Below, in pieces: positions 63,735-64,000 of a stretch of DNA of 64,000 bases. The first letter of the stretch is position 1. Each line of letters opens with the position of its first letter. Under the pieces are notes generated by a model that saw nothing but the letters and a program-made list of their open reading frames with translations, did no database searches and was not told the origin of the DNA. Both the position numbers and the translations under genes were made by a program. Origin of the DNA: Candidatus Rariloculaceae bacterium (GTDB lineage Bacteria; Pseudomonadota; Gammaproteobacteria; Steroidobacterales; Rariloculaceae); contig OZ245000.1 in assembly GCA_965223375.1 (NCBI GenBank), positions 3,163,092 to 3,227,091 on the forward strand, read 5' to 3'.

Positions 63735-64000
63735 ATGAAAAACAAATCCCAATCCACTCATGAGCGCACCGTCGGCGCTCCGAACGGCTGGCTGATGCTG
63801 CTGGTCGGCATCGTCTGTGTCGTACTCGTCGTTGTGTCGTTCGTGCTGATGATCCTGGCCGCGAACAGCGGTGCGGACGGGATCCCGCTCAGGTTGCTGC
63901 TGATCCTGCTGCTCGGAATCGCCGCGGGGCTCAGCTTCGCCGGGCTCTTCACGCTGCAGCCGAACGAGGCGCGTGTGCTGGTGCTGTTCGGCGCTTATCG
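63735..64000 (+). CDS. SPFH/band-7 family membrane protein, N-terminal part (runs off the right edge)
   Basis: Hand translation gives MKNKSQSTHERTVGAPNGWLMLLVGIVCVVLVVVSFVLMILAA...GLFTLQPNEARVLVLFGAY. RBS GGAGG lies 8 nt upstream. Two TM segments precede the typical SPFH entry motif. Confidence 0.7.
   Translation, partial: MKNKSQSTHERTVGAPNGWLMLLVGIVCVVLVVVSFVLMILAANSGADGIPLRLLLILLLGIAAGLSFAGLFTLQPNEARVLVLFGAY

Noticed and set aside
1-64000. Search for tRNA, rRNA, tmRNA or riboswitch-like structured RNAs in intergenic gaps.
   Set aside because: The gaps are short. None showed cloverleaf-type arms or known riboswitch cores by eye. No RNA gene is claimed, but a covariance-model scan was not possible.

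Overview
High-GC bacterial chromosome segment, about two-thirds G+C by hand counts on sample lines. It looks proteobacterial: Tat/Sec signal peptides, a TonB-dependent receptor and GGAG-type RBS spacing. Both strands are densely coded. I call 53 protein genes plus one doubtful small ORF. I found no rRNA, tRNA, CRISPR array, transposase or integrase. Most products are exported redox or hydrolytic enzymes:
- two IorAB-type molybdenum hydroxylase pairs
- a copper amine oxidase
- a quinohemoprotein PQQ dehydrogenase
- two tannase/feruloyl-esterase paralogues
- several alpha/beta hydrolases, amidohydrolases, VOC and NTF2-like proteins
- an ankyrin-DUF1592-DUF1552 operon

Many long ORFs in the track are antisense or N-terminally over-extended GC artefacts, and I trimmed or dropped them.

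Most unusual content:
1. A two-module periplasmic protein family is heavily expanded. There are 5 OB-like modules of the AHH...NPHS type (as I recall, DUF6152) and 8 modules carrying a GHSxGxWEGDTLVVDT signature. They occur as fusions and as adjacent, translationally coupled split genes in both orders. One split pair sits in an overlapping operon with the PQQ dehydrogenase. All 5 N-modules are predicted to mature to an N-terminal His-His, a possible histidine brace.
2. A lone, lower-GC TIR-domain gene with a YEATS-like beta domain lies on the opposite strand between housekeeping-type genes.
3. A perfect 42-bp-arm palindrome shares a 17-mer with a second locus. Other long inverted repeats are also present.
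4. A tail-anchored protein is built from about 10 hendecad repeats.
5. An in-frame (GCCATC)n microsatellite sits inside one family member.

All family names come from motif recognition by eye. No database search was run.
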